DNA of 64,000 bases from Eledone cirrhosa (taxonomy: Eukaryota). This document shows, in pieces, positions 24,834 through 44,100 of this stretch (its first letter is position 1; each line of letters opens with the position of its first letter). A model generated the notes under the pieces. It was given only the letters and a program-made list of their open reading frames with translations, was not told where the DNA came from and ran no database searches. The translations under genes and the position numbers were made by a program. The stretch lies in NCBI GenBank assembly GCA_964016885.1, contig OZ024746.1:75764001-75828000 (forward strand), in the 5' to 3' direction.

Positions 24834-25534
24834 ATTAGAAAGATCGAGTATCGAAAAATCGGCGCACGAGTTCACGATAAACAATATTCGAAATGAGCGG
24901 CAGAGGGCTCAATAATTCAGATGAATCAGAGCTATAACTATCGTTAAAATACCGTCACACATAGAACAAGTCTACAATCAACCATACGATAAAAAATCGA
25001 TAATAGAAGATTCGGGACAAACAGATAAAAAATATCAATAAAACAATACATCAATAATTTAAATGAATGTAAAATCATACCCGGACCCACTAGAAAGGTG
25101 TTAAATCTAGCTTCTTGGGTTTCTGTAAATCCTTAGACTGTACTCTATCAGCTCACATATAAATATATAAGACTACTAGAGCAAGAGGAATGGAGTTTAC
25201 TTCATCAACGAGCTTTTTCCTAGCGGATAAGAGGCTAACCACAAGCGAAATACGCACATGGAATTTGACAAGGGAGATAACCTCTACATCTGCGAAAACT
25301 ATTCGAGGAAATGTGGAAATACACATATAGAATAAGAGTGCTCAATAGACATGTTAAAATAAAACAAGAGCTATTCATCACTCAATAGAATCGACAAAAA
25401 ATGATCAATAAAATTAACTGGTGGATAGCTATGTCCAGAGCTAAAAAGATTAGAAAGATCGAGTATCGAAAAATCGGCGCACGAGTTCACGATAAACAAT
25501 ATTCGAAATGAGCGGCAGAGGGCTCAATAATTCA
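24834..25534 (+). mobile_element. Probable Penelope-like element remnant with 86-bp terminal direct repeats
   Basis: 24834-24919 is identical to 25449-25534. Decayed GIY-YIG-like text ([30 protein letters not shown]) precedes and overlaps the repeat. Confidence 0.5.
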
Positions 25535-25592
25535 TATATATTGATATATATACAATATTAATAAATGGAAACTATATTTATAAAACCATATT

Positions 25593-25657
25593 TATTTCAT
25601 TATATATATTTCAAGGATACCAAGTTAAATCATGGTATGCCTTCATCAGACAAAATA
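25593..25657 (-). ncRNA. Type I hammerhead ribozyme (mirror copy)
   Basis: Reverse complement of 25777-25841. Confidence 0.75.
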
Positions 25658-25776
25658 CAATATATAACAGTTTTACAAATAGATATTGACGTACCCTTTC
25701 AAAAAGGTGACCGTTGCTTTTGGAGGCCATCCGGATAGGGTAAGTCAATATCTATTTGTAAAACTGTTATATATTG

Positions 25777-25841
25777 TATTTTGTCTGATGAAGGCATACC
25801 ATGATTTAACTTGGTATCCTTGAAATATATATAATGAAATA
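25777..25841 (+). ncRNA. Type I hammerhead ribozyme
   Basis: UAUUUUGU-CUGAUGA-AGGCAUACCA..UGGUAUCCUU-GAAA-UAUAUA-UA/AUGAAAUA: 8-bp stem I with two G-U pairs, palindromic stem III; predicted cleavage after 25833. Confidence 0.75.
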
Positions 25842-26235
25842 AATATGGTTTTATAAATATAGTTTCCATTTATTAATATTGTATATCTACTCCAAATATT
25901 TGTCGAGTGCTTTATATCAGTTATAATAATATTTGCTTGTTGTATCCCAACAATTTAAATAGAACTTTTGCATATATTTATATATATATATATTTATATA
26001 GAATTCACAAGAATCAAAGCTATGTTCAAAGCATTTATTCACTTACAATTGTTCCATCCAAATCTAGGCTTGGAGTCTTCGGAGCATCTTTCAATGTTTG
26101 TACACATAATTGACCTCCTTTCCAATGCAAGAGACATACAGATACATATATATATTGATGTACAGTGGAGTGGCATATATTATACTATACTATTTTTGTA
26201 CACCCTGCCACACAATAATAGTATATATTTATATT

Positions 26236-26267
<32 letters not shown>

Positions 26268-26290
26268 TATAAATATATAAACATATATAT

Positions 26291-26630
26291 CATTTCATTT
26301 TATTTCATTTTACGTCCACTTTTCCCTGCTTGCAAGGGTGGGACGGGAACTGATTCTGGCTTGATTTCTACAGCTGGATGTCCTTCCTAACACCAACCTC
26401 ATTTACAGTGAGTGCTGGGTGCTTTTTTGCCGTGGCACCTCCACAACCACTTTACAGTGGAATGATATGGACCCCAGTCCCTATCATCTCATTTCTACAG
26501 CTGAGTAAACTGGAGCAATGTGAAATAAAGTGTCTTGCTCAAGGAAACAACACATCACACAGTCTGAGAATTGAACTCACAACCTTTCAATTGCAAGGCC
26601 TATGCTCTAACCACTAAGCCATGTGCCTCC
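26291..26630 (-). mobile_element. tRNA-derived CORE-like SINE with RTE-like tail (also 29003-29351 -, 38338-38604 +, 38741-39009 -)
   Basis: A/B boxes, CAGTTTACTCAGCTGTAGAAATGAG, tail GGTTGGTGTTAGGAAGG.CATCCAGC...GGACGTAAAATGA(TGA)n. Confidence 0.8.
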
Positions 26631-26636
26631 ATTAAT

Positions 26637-26671
<35 letters not shown>

Positions 26672-26674
26672 AAT

Positions 26675-26711
<37 letters not shown>

Positions 26712-26802
26712 AATATATCACGCTAAATTAACGGAGGCATAGGCCCTCGCTATTCCCTGTAAATAATGTGCTCAAAGGAGAAGAGATCCTGAGCTCTTTA
26801 AA

Positions 26803-27190
26803 ATACAATATGTTGAGAAGGTAACATACCAGAGAGAGATATATAGTGCGTTATCAATAATACAGGGAAAAAACCACCAGTGTATGGAATCTATAACCTA
26901 TGAAAGGCAGACTATAGACACGATAATTAAAAATATAAATTAAAGCGTAAATAAATACCTCTATAACTATATAACACACGTACAAATCCAAAGATATGTT
27001 TCACCAAAAATTTGTTGAAAGAAATGGTCTAGTCTCGGTTCATCAGTGTGTGTAAGGCTATACATTTCAGACAACACTAAGAGAATTTTAATAGGTTATA
27101 GATTCCATACACTGGTGGTTTTTTTCCCTGTATTATTGATAACGCACTATATATCTCTCTCTGGTGTGTTACCTTCTCAACATATTGTAT
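26803..27190. repeat. Inverted repeat (~99-bp arms) enclosing a minus-strand hammerhead core; duplicated at 30253-30640
   Basis: 26803-26901 pairs with 27091-27190. Spacer, minus strand: CUGAUGA-ACCGAGA..UUUUGGU-GAAA-CAUA-UC (26993-27046), with poor stem I. Confidence 0.75.
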
Positions 27191-27384
27191 ATAAATATAT
27201 ATATATATATATATAAATATATATATATATTCTACAGTTGGATGTTAGGAAGGGCATCCAACTGTAGAAAACCTGCCAGACAGTCCTATGCGAGCAAGAC
27301 AATTACTCTTGCCTCAAGTGGGAATACCCCCGTCCAAACCCATGCAAGCGTGGAACACGGACGTTAAACGTTGATGATGATGAT

Positions 27385-33440
<6,056 letters not shown>

Positions 33441-34159
33441 TATACGAACATGCCAGACAACCACACGACGGTAACATAGACAACATAGAAATTAGAATAA
33501 TATCTAAACATAGAAATGACCCAGCAGATAGGCAAATCAGAGAGGCCAGTGACATAGAACTGAGAAGGCCAAGGCTAAACAGATAAAATGAATGGAATAA
33601 CATCAACACCCAAACAAACAACACTGACCTAAGAGAAGTATAAATAAATAAATAAATAGACAAATAAATAAATAAGTACATACACAAGCACAATAACAAC
33701 AAACACATATAAACAGACACTAGTAAAGAGAGAAAACAAACATTAACCAATACACAGTCACCCAATCACGAACACAATCAAACAAAACACTATACACACA
33801 CGCAAACGTATGCGCAAATAAGAGAAAATAAAATAAACAAATAAATAAATATATAAACAGACTAAATAAAGATGGCGTAGAAAATACAATGCAACGGGAG
33901 GAAACAATAGCACCACTGACGATGTTGCAGATGTGCAACGAAAGAACTTTGATAAACTATATATATATGTGTTTGTGTCTATATTGTATCTGTATTTTTG
34001 ACCGTTGGTCAGTCAATGGTAACATTGAGGACCGAATAAATTAGATTACCGATATAAAAGACACAGAAGCGAAAAGTGGAAACCAACCAAACAGTGAGTG
34101 TATTCTGTGATTAATTCTGGCAATATTACACAAATATGACCCTCCCCAGGTATAACAAT

Positions 34160-34160
<1 letters not shown>
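33441..34160 (+). mobile_element. Penelope-like element 3' end: GIY-YIG endonuclease C-terminus plus pLTR
   Basis: [50 protein letters not shown] fits the H..H...I....R.I.EA..I...P.LN motif. Followed by a hammerhead and the ATGACCCTCCC..TATAACAATA end shared with the 21.2-21.7 kb palindrome. Confidence 0.8.
33912..33953 (+). ncRNA. Minimal type I hammerhead ribozyme (one stem I mismatch)
   Basis: ACCA-CUGACGA-U-GUUGCA(gaug)UGCAAC-GAAA-GAAC-UU/UGAU. Confidence 0.7.
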
Positions 34161-34198
<38 letters not shown>

Positions 34199-34203
34199 AA
34201 TAT

Positions 34204-34236
<33 letters not shown>

Positions 34237-34288
34237 GTTTAACGTCTATCTTCCACGCTTGCAAATATATATATATATATATGTATAA

Positions 34289-34567
<279 letters not shown>

Positions 34568-34620
34568 TATATAAATATATATATATATATAAATATATAT
34601 AAATATATATATATATATAA

Positions 34621-34733
<113 letters not shown>

Positions 34734-35106
34734 TATAAATGTAAGTATGTATGTATATATATATATATAAATATATATATACATATATATAAATGTAAGT
34801 ATGTATGTATATGTACATACATATATGTATACAGACGTACAGTAGCATGCATATATATATATATATATATATATACATACAGGTACACATATATATATGT
34901 ACGTATCAGTTTAGCGGACGTTTATTATAACGCTCGCTTTGTCCGTTTGTAAACAAACTGACAGCCTGATTTATGCTGTACGGTGTTAAGGCAACCACAT
35001 CACCTTTTTGTTCAACACTGACACAGGAACGATGTACTAGTTAAATCCTGGTCTATTTATTGATATTGGATTCTAAAATCCAATATCAATAAATAGACCA
35101 GGATTT

Positions 35107-35166
35107 TTTCATTCTGATGATTGAAAGCAAAATTTTTTGCTTTTAAGAAACCACTGGTAAATGGAA
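35107..35166 (+). ncRNA. Type I hammerhead ribozyme with all three stems formed
   Basis: UUUCAUU-CUGAUGA-UUGAAAGCAAA..UUUGCUUUUAA-GAAA-CC(acu)GG-UA/AAUGGAA; GUA site, predicted cleavage after 35159. Confidence 0.82.
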
Positions 35167-35299
35167 TAATTGCCTTATGTTGTTTATTACATAACTATTA
35201 AGCTCTGTTACCTACATAGAGCACTCTTTTTTCCTGGACGTTTCCGACGGAATTACTTCATTTATAAATATATATATATATTTATATCTATATAAATAT

Positions 35300-35372
<73 letters not shown>

Positions 35373-35448
35373 AATAGTTTACCAGTGATCCCACTACATC
35401 TTTTATATACCCATACTGCCCATACTACATCTTTTATGTACCCATATA

Positions 35449-35500
<52 letters not shown>

Positions 35501-35507
35501 TATATAT

Positions 35508-35540
<33 letters not shown>

Positions 35541-35555
35541 AATATATATATATAA

Positions 35556-35628
<73 letters not shown>

Positions 35629-35696
35629 AATATATATATATAAATATATAAATATATATATATATATATAAATATATAAATATATATATATATATA

Positions 35697-35732
<36 letters not shown>

Positions 35733-35756
35733 AATATATAAATATATATATATATA

Positions 35757-35790
<34 letters not shown>

Positions 35791-35851
35791 AATATATATA
35801 AATATATATATATATATATAAATATATATAAATATATATATATATATATAA

Positions 35852-35934
<83 letters not shown>

Positions 35935-35944
35935 TATATATATA

Positions 35945-36072
<128 letters not shown>

Positions 36073-36137
36073 AATATATATAAATATATATATATATAAA
36101 TATATATAAATATATATATATAAATATATATAAATAT

Positions 36138-36212
<75 letters not shown>

Positions 36213-36319
36213 AATATATATATATATAAATATATATAAATATATATATATATAAATATATATAAATATATATATATATAAATATATATAAATATATATA
36301 TATATAAATATATATAAAT

Positions 36320-36408
<89 letters not shown>

Positions 36409-36483
36409 AATATATATATATAAATATATATATATATAAATATATATATATATAAATATATATATATATAAATATATATAAAT

Positions 36484-36520
<37 letters not shown>

Positions 36521-36585
36521 AATATATATAAATATATATATATATAAATATATATAAATATATATATATATAAATATATATAAAT

Positions 36586-36616
<31 letters not shown>

Positions 36617-36636
36617 ATATAAATATATATTTATAT

Positions 36637-36789
<153 letters not shown>

Positions 36790-36794
36790 TATAT

Positions 36795-37976
36795 GGGTAC
36801 ATAAAAGATGTAGTATGGGCAGTATGGGTATATAAAAGATGTAGTGGGATCACTGGTAAACTATCTAAGAATGTAGACTTTATATGTGGCCGATGCTCAG
36901 GTGCAATAGGTAGCAAGTGTCCACAGGATACTAGCCCCTTCTATTGCCCAGATGGTTCTATAGGAATAGTAGACACTTTCTGTTACCAGGGTGACAAATC
37001 AGCAGTGGTGGAGGGTGTTCTGAAAGTACAGTAGCCAGAGTCAGAATGGGATGGAAAAAGTTCAGAGAGCTTATACCGCTGTTGGCCACAAAAGGTTTCT
37101 CTCTAAAAATGAAAGGCAGATTGTATGATGCTTGTATACGAACAGCAATGCTACATGGCAGTGAGACATGGGCATTGCGTGCAGAGGACCTGCATAGACT
37201 GGAAAGGAACAAAGCATGCATGCTCCTTTGGATGTGTAATACGTGAATGTCAAAGCATAAATGAACTAAGTGAGAAATTAGGAATAAGAGGGATCAGATG
37301 CTGTTTACTCGAGAGAAGACTACATTGGTATGGCCACATGATGCGCATGAAAGATGACAGCTGTATAAAAAAGTGCAGGGCGATCAAAATTGATGGTAGT
37401 TACGGAGTAGGTAGACCCAGAAAAACCTGGGACGATCTGATAAATTCCGACCTTACACACTTGCACCTCTCTAAGACAATGTCTCTGGACCGAGATCTTT
37501 GGCGCTACGCAGTAATACAGAAGACCCGCCTTGCTTATGAACAAAGCGAAACCTACAGTCAGTAGGCACCTCTTAACCAAATATACACCCCAATCCACTA
37601 CCCTATCCTCCCACTCCCACCAACACCACCCCCTCTCTATAAAGTTGGTACCACAACATCCAGTCCAAATAAATGAGATAAATGAGATCGCGATCGAGAT
37701 CGTGTAGGTGTCACGAGAAAAAAACACAGTCCACGCTGTAATGTGGTCGTGTAGGTAACACGGTAAAAAGTTCCCAGTTTCACACTGTAAATGTGGTTGG
37801 TGTTAGGAAGGGCATCCAGCCGTAGAAAACCTGCCAGATAGTCCTATATGAGCGAGACACGGTCACTCGACCAACCTTGACACGGTCACTCGACCAACCT
37901 TGCCTCAAGTGGGACAACTCCCGTCTAACCCATGCTAGCGTGGAAAGTGGACGTTAAACGAGGATGATGATGATGA
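36795..37976 (+). mobile_element. RTE LINE 3' fragment with (GAT)n tail; its 5' 70 bp also occur inverted at 35374-35443
   Basis: [48 protein letters not shown]; frameshifted. Confidence 0.9.
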
Positions 37977-38040
37977 TATATATATATATATATATATACA
38001 ATATATTAATAAATGGAAACTATATTTATAAAACCATATT

Positions 38041-38106
38041 TATTTTATTATACATATTTCAAGGGCAACCAAGGCAAATTATGGTGCGCTTTCATCAGAT
38101 AAAATA
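38041..38106 (-). ncRNA. Type I hammerhead ribozyme, diverged homologue of 25777-25841
   Basis: UAUUUUAU-CUGAUGA-AAGCGCACCA..UGGUUGCCCUU-GAAA-UAUGUA-UA/AUAAAAUA; perfect 8-bp stem I. Confidence 0.78.
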
Positions 38107-38602
38107 CAGATTTGTTTTATAAATAAATATTGACATACCCGGAAAAAAAGACAACCTTAACGGTTGGAGCTTCCTGGATAGTGGTGATAGTACATCTATT
38201 GAGGGTAATACAAACTTATGAGTGAGTATGCAAATAAGTGTCCGAACAGCTGAAATACAGTTGAATCCCAACAAATTAAATATAACCTCTGCATAAAAAT
38301 ATATATATAAATATAAAAAAATATATATATATATTTATGTGTTGTTTCCTTGAGCAAGACACTTTATTTCACATTGCTCCAGTTTACTCAGCTGTAGAAA
38401 TGAAATTATAGGAACTGGGGTCCCTATCATTCCATTGCAAAGTGGTTGTGTAGGTGCCACGGCAAAAACCACCCAGCACTCACTGTAAATGAGGTTGGTG
38501 TTAGGAAGGGCATCCAGCTGCAGAAATCAAGCCAGAATCAGTTCCCGTCACAGCCTTGCAAGCAGGGAAAAGTGGACGTAAAATGATGATGATGATGATG
38601 AT

Positions 38603-38634
<32 letters not shown>

Positions 38635-38637
38635 AAT

Positions 38638-38692
<55 letters not shown>

Positions 38693-39089
38693 AATATATA
38701 TATATATAAATATATATATTTATATATATATATAAATATATCATCATCATTTCATTTTACGTCCGCTTTTCCCTGCTTGCAAGGTTGGGACAGGAACTGA
38801 TTCTGGCTTGATTTCTGCAGCTGGATGCCCTTCCTAACACCAACCTCATTTACAGTGAGCGCTGGGTGCTTTTTTGCCGTGACACCTCCATGACCACTTT
38901 GCAGTGGAATGATATGGACCCCAGTTCTATCATCTCATTTCTACAGCTGAGCAAACTGGAGCAATGTGAAATAAAGTGTCTTGCTCAAGGAAACAACACA
39001 TCACCCGGTGGAGGCACATGGCTTAGTGGTTAGAGCATTGGGCTTGCAATCGAAAGGTTGTGAGTTCAATTCTCAAACCGGGTGATGTG

Positions 39090-39350
39090 TTGACAAACAT
39101 GTCTATCTATTTATCTGTCTATCTACCTATCTGTCTGTATGCTTAACTATATACATATATTCACAAATGTAAACTGTCTTTGGACAATAAGAACAACAAA
39201 GCCACCCACTGACTGGACATAGATTTCTTTTCTTTGTTATTGCCTATCTATCATAGATGTTGTTTTTGTAGCGTGAAGTAAACCACAGTGTATATGTTTA
39301 TGATGGCTGATATTACTATAATTGATTTAAAGGGAATATAAAATGAGGTG
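39090..39350 (-). repeat. Right arm of the long-range inverted repeat (partner 19654-19911)
   Basis: Reverse complement of 19654-19911. Confidence 0.9.
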
Positions 39351-40211
39351 CTCATTCAGTTATATATATAACTGAATGAGCACATGTGGTTTTGTCCTAT
39401 TGCATGGCACTTCTATATTAGTTATAAGTGGATCATTGTCTTCAGAGTGTGTATTTGTGTTTATATCTGCTGTTTGTTTATGATTCGTAACATAGCAGTT
39501 CAACAAAAAGAGTTTAATAAAATAGGTACTAAGCTTGAAGAAATAAATACTGGGGTCAATATCAACTAAATCCTTATAAAGCTGTGCTCTAGCTTAGTCG
39601 CTGTCTAATAACTGAAACAAATAAAAGAAAGAAAATACAGTATATATAGTCAGCATGTGTTGTTCCTTCACATCACAAATTCAATTCTGTTTTCACACAC
39701 ATCACTTACTTTTTACACCAGTAAAATGATCACCATTAGAGTTTATTGTTAGTCACAAACTAATGTTTGTTTTCTTTCATTTCAGGTCATTCTTTTATGT
39801 TAAACATTGTCTACCAGAAGACATTGTAATTCAACAGTGTTGACTGAAATAACCACAATGTGATATTTATTAGTTATTTTTAGGATAACAATATGATAAA
39901 CATCCTTAGTAGACTGATAATATAAAAGTGACTGCAATTACAACTTGAACTTATATTAAATATTACAAGTTTAAACAGTTGGAGAACATATATTTCAGCA
40001 TGGAATTTGCTGTAATATTTTTGTCTTATAGAAATTTCTTCTGTTCATACAAATATATTGATAGTTCAGCCACAAGATACTGTAAATTTTTATCGTGAAA
40101 AGTTGTTATATTTAACAAAATGGTTCACAAAACAGACACTTCTACTAGTATGAAATTCATGTGAAAATATTTTCTCAAAAGATTCTTTTCTCTGTACATA
40201 AATGTGCTAAG

Positions 40212-41165
40212 ATGGAGGAAGATTATTATTACTGTGAACATTGCAGGAAAGTTTTTTCTACCAGTGAAGAATTAAAGGTTCATCAACTCATTCACTCAGG
40301 AGAAACACCTTACCAGTGTGAGGATTGTTGGAAAGCATTTGCTCAGAGTAGTGAGTTATTATCTCATAAACTAACTGTTCATATAGGAGACAAATGCAAA
40401 CACTGTGAAATTTGTGGAAAATCATTTCGTAGAGGAGATTCACTAACAAGACATAAGAAGATTCATACAGGTGAAAAACCATACAAATGTGACATTTGTG
40501 AAAAAACATTTGCTAGAAGTCATGACCTTTCAGTTCATAAATACACCCATAATAATGAAAAATCATATCATTGTAATATTTGTGGGAAATCATTTTGTAG
40601 AGGAGATTCATTAAAACGTCATAAATCTATTCATGCAGGTGAGAAGCCTTACAAATGTGACATTTGTGGGAGAGCATTTACTAGAAATCATGACGTTTTA
40701 ATTCATAAGTCTACACATACTGGTGAAAAAGTATATGAATGTGATATTTGTGGAAAATCATTCACTAGAAATCAGGAACTTTCAGTTCATTTATATAGTC
40801 ATACTGAGGAAAAACCATACAAATGTGATACTTGTGGGAAAGAATTTTCTAGAAATTATGACCTTACAATTCATAAATATAAGCATACTAGTGTAAAACC
40901 ATGCAAATGTGGTGTTTGTGGGAAAGGATTTTCTAGAAATCAGGAGCTTTCAGTTCATTTATATAGTCATACAGAGGAAAAACCATACAAATGTGATACT
41001 TGTGGGAAAGAATTTTCAAGAAAATGTGATCTTTCATTTCATAAATCTATTCACACTGGTGAAAAACCATACAAATGTAATATTTGTGGGAAAGCATATC
41101 CTAGAAACATTTCATTAACAAGACATAAAAAGATTCATATTGAAGAAACAATCAAATCTGTGTGA
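40212..41165 (+). CDS. C2H2 zinc-finger protein ZNF3 (11 fingers)
   Basis: ATG MEEDYYYC at 40212; conserved acceptor TTTCAG|G at 39785. Confidence 0.9.
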   Translation: MEEDYYYCEHCRKVFSTSEELKVHQLIHSGETPYQCEDCWKAFAQSSELLSHKLTVHIGDKCKHCEICGKSFRRGDSLTRHKKIHTGEKPYKCDICEKTFARSHDLSVHKYTHNNEKSYHCNICGKSFCRGDSLKRHKSIHAGEKPYKCDICGRAFTRNHDVLIHKSTHTGEKVYECDICGKSFTRNQELSVHLYSHTEEKPYKCDTCGKEFSRNYDLTIHKYKHTSVKPCKCGVCGKGFSRNQELSVHLYSHTEEKPYKCDTCGKEFSRKCDLSFHKSIHTGEKPYKCNICGKAYPRNISLTRHKKIHIEETIKSV

Positions 41166-44100
41166 AAGTTTTGTGGAAGAATTTTCTACTAGATATAAGT
41201 TGACAGGTGAAAATGTGTCCTGGTACAATTGAGAAGCATTATCATTCATATATTTCAACTTCCTATCATTTTTATTGAAATAAATGTTCTTACATATCAA
41301 CCAATTAAATATATTTTTTCCCTTTCATTGTCCTATTTTATAATTCAGTAATTTTTCAAAATTATTTAAAATATCAACCACAAACAGATAAAATGCTTTT
41401 TGTCTGAACTGGTCTCATTGATATTTTCTGAACTAACAAGCTTAAATAGTTTTCTTTTAAAATAAGAGATTATTCAAGTTTTTCTTATTGCTAGATATTA
41501 AAGTAAAGAAACTGTTTTAATTTTTTCAACTGCAGGGCTCTAAATATAAGAAAATATAATTATGGTTAAAACTGTCACAAATTGACTGAATAAATCTCAA
41601 CAGTTTACAGAGAGACTCTTAACTTTCCATCATGTGAATCTTTAACAAAAGCTTCTTTGTACTCCCATTTATGATCCAAATCACTTTTGTCCTCCACTAT
41701 CATTCAATGTTTTCAGTGTGTGCTCCAGTGACATGATCAACAAAACACTGATTGTGATTGACACTATATTACTAAAGTTCACCAGCTCCCATATTGTAGT
41801 ACACAACTCCTTGATTTCACCAAACTGCATTACTAGGTGCTCTATTTTGGTGAATTGTTGACAGTATTGGTATCACAATAACACCCCACCCTAAAAAAAA
41901 ACAAAAAAACATGCCAGTCTCTCTAGTTCTATAGATACCATATTCTTAGGGTCCACACATTGCAATATCAAAAATCTATGGAACAACTTACTGAACATAA
42001 TTACACTGATAGTTGACATTAGTATCAAACTCACTTAATGTGGTTGATCAGCTATTAATCTGCTGTGACCCTTTGATCTCCATGACACACACTTCCTTCA
42101 TTGTATTTCCTCTTTGCACAGAGAAATGTTTCATTAATCTGAAATACTAACAAAAGACAATGAATCTGGAGATGATTGTTAACTGGATTCATTATAAAAC
42201 ATCTCCCTTAATTAAGTTGAAATAGTCCACCACACACTCTCTGCTGCACTTCTATTTGAACACTTGTTGAGCCAAGGCCACATGCTTTCTGATACCTTCA
42301 TTGGAGAGAGCAGGCTGGTTCAATGTAAGAACCTTGTCCCAATTCAGTAAACAGATTGTGCCACACTCTCCTTACTGAAATGTCAAATTAGTTGCATGTT
42401 CAAGTGTTTGGTTTTTGCATCATTAGGTTAAGTTTCTATGCTGACAAGATAGCTGCAGGTGATGCAACAAATACCCAATAGCAATGCTGGTGAGAGATGC
42501 AGAACACTAACCAGACTATGTATGGCCAGGTTAGGGGTAGGACCCCCAAAACAATTATTGCCAAGTTAGAGTAGGACACTTAAAGAACTGCCTATGGCTA
42601 GGGCACTTATTGAACTGTCTATGGCTAGGTTAGCGGGTAAGAAAGTTAATGAACCATCTACGTCCATACATTCCAAATAATACCTTCATTCTTTATTTTG
42701 ATAGAACTGAACGTTTGTTCAAATAAATACAATATTATCCAAAAAGAATAATTACTTGATTTAAAGTTTATGCTGTCGACAGCACTGTGATAAGCAATGA
42801 TTGCTTATTTGGCTGCTATTAAACAAGTCACTCTCTTCAGGCACATTTCGTGAAAAAAACACATCAATCCTTGAATTTTGAACAGCCGCTGAAAACTAGC
42901 TGCATGTTTCGCCCTTTTCAAATGGTCTTTTATGTCTGATTGATCCTTAGGTGAAACAGAGAACCCAGATCAACATTGTAAATATTTGGCTTTGTCTTCC
43001 TTGCACTACATTTTTTCTTTTTCAAGAATCTATATTTCTCTTTGCAATTCATTGTTTGATGTGCACTTCTTTTTTTTTTACCAGCTTAAGTCATTATAAT
43101 TGGGATAAATTTCTAAAATAAAACAGAAAATATTTTTAAAAGATGTTTATTTTATGTGAAATAATTACATTTGTAACATGATAGATTTGAACATCTATCT
43201 AATATTTATAATGATTAGAATAATTTGTAAAAACATTTATAATGAAGCATGAAAAATATTTTATTAAAATTATAAACATCATGTTTTATCCATTGAAAAA
43301 GTATAATATACTACATACAATCTTTATGCACAAAAGTAATCTATGTTTTTCTGTAAACAAAGAGAACAATTGAAAGTGTTTACATGTCATTATTTTCAGT
43401 GAAGACTTCTAATTAAAAAACTATACATTAAATTTATCTTATATCTTGTAATATACATTATGTTCTAGCATTAGATATTTATTATTTAATTATGTAGCAA
43501 GATGAAAGCACATCATGCAAATTAGACTGACCATTTTCAATTACATTCCACATGACATATATAGCAATACTATAAAAAGATGTCATTGTAGACATAGGGG
43601 ATAGTAATCTTCTGATGAGGAGACAATAATCTCTGAAATGAACATTGGCAATCTTGTTTGTTCAATGTACAGAGGAATAGAAGAAAGGGTATTTACAATT
43701 AATTTGTTTTCACAACGAGGCTTCTAATTAAAAAAAAAACTTGTAATATCTAAATTTAATTTACCTTAAAACTTTATATATGTGTGTATGTGAGTACATT
43801 GTTTATTTTCATCCTCTGGGAGAAATTCTTTTCTCTTTCTTCATTCATAATGCTATTTCCATATGCATACACTTAGTACAGAAGTACACAAAAACCATTT
43901 TAAAAATAGAACCTATATCTTATGCTGCAGTTTGTATTTAAACTATTTATCTTCTGGAATAACTCTAAATAACACCACAGCAGTTGTTATATACATGTTT
44001 TATTCTGATGATACATTCAAATAAAAGGAATGATGAAACCACTTGAACCATCTCGATGAGAAAAGAAAAAAAAAGAAATTTGCAGCTCACGCACTTAGTT

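Larger units (their letters stand above)
25548..25886. repeat. Inverted repeat with 143-bp arms and a 53-bp spacer; each arm carries a hammerhead
   Basis: 25548-25690 is the reverse complement of 25744-25886. Confidence 0.9.

Noticed and set aside
44020-44050. CTGATGA...GAAA hammerhead-like motif
   Set aside because: Base of stem II mispaired and stem I absent.
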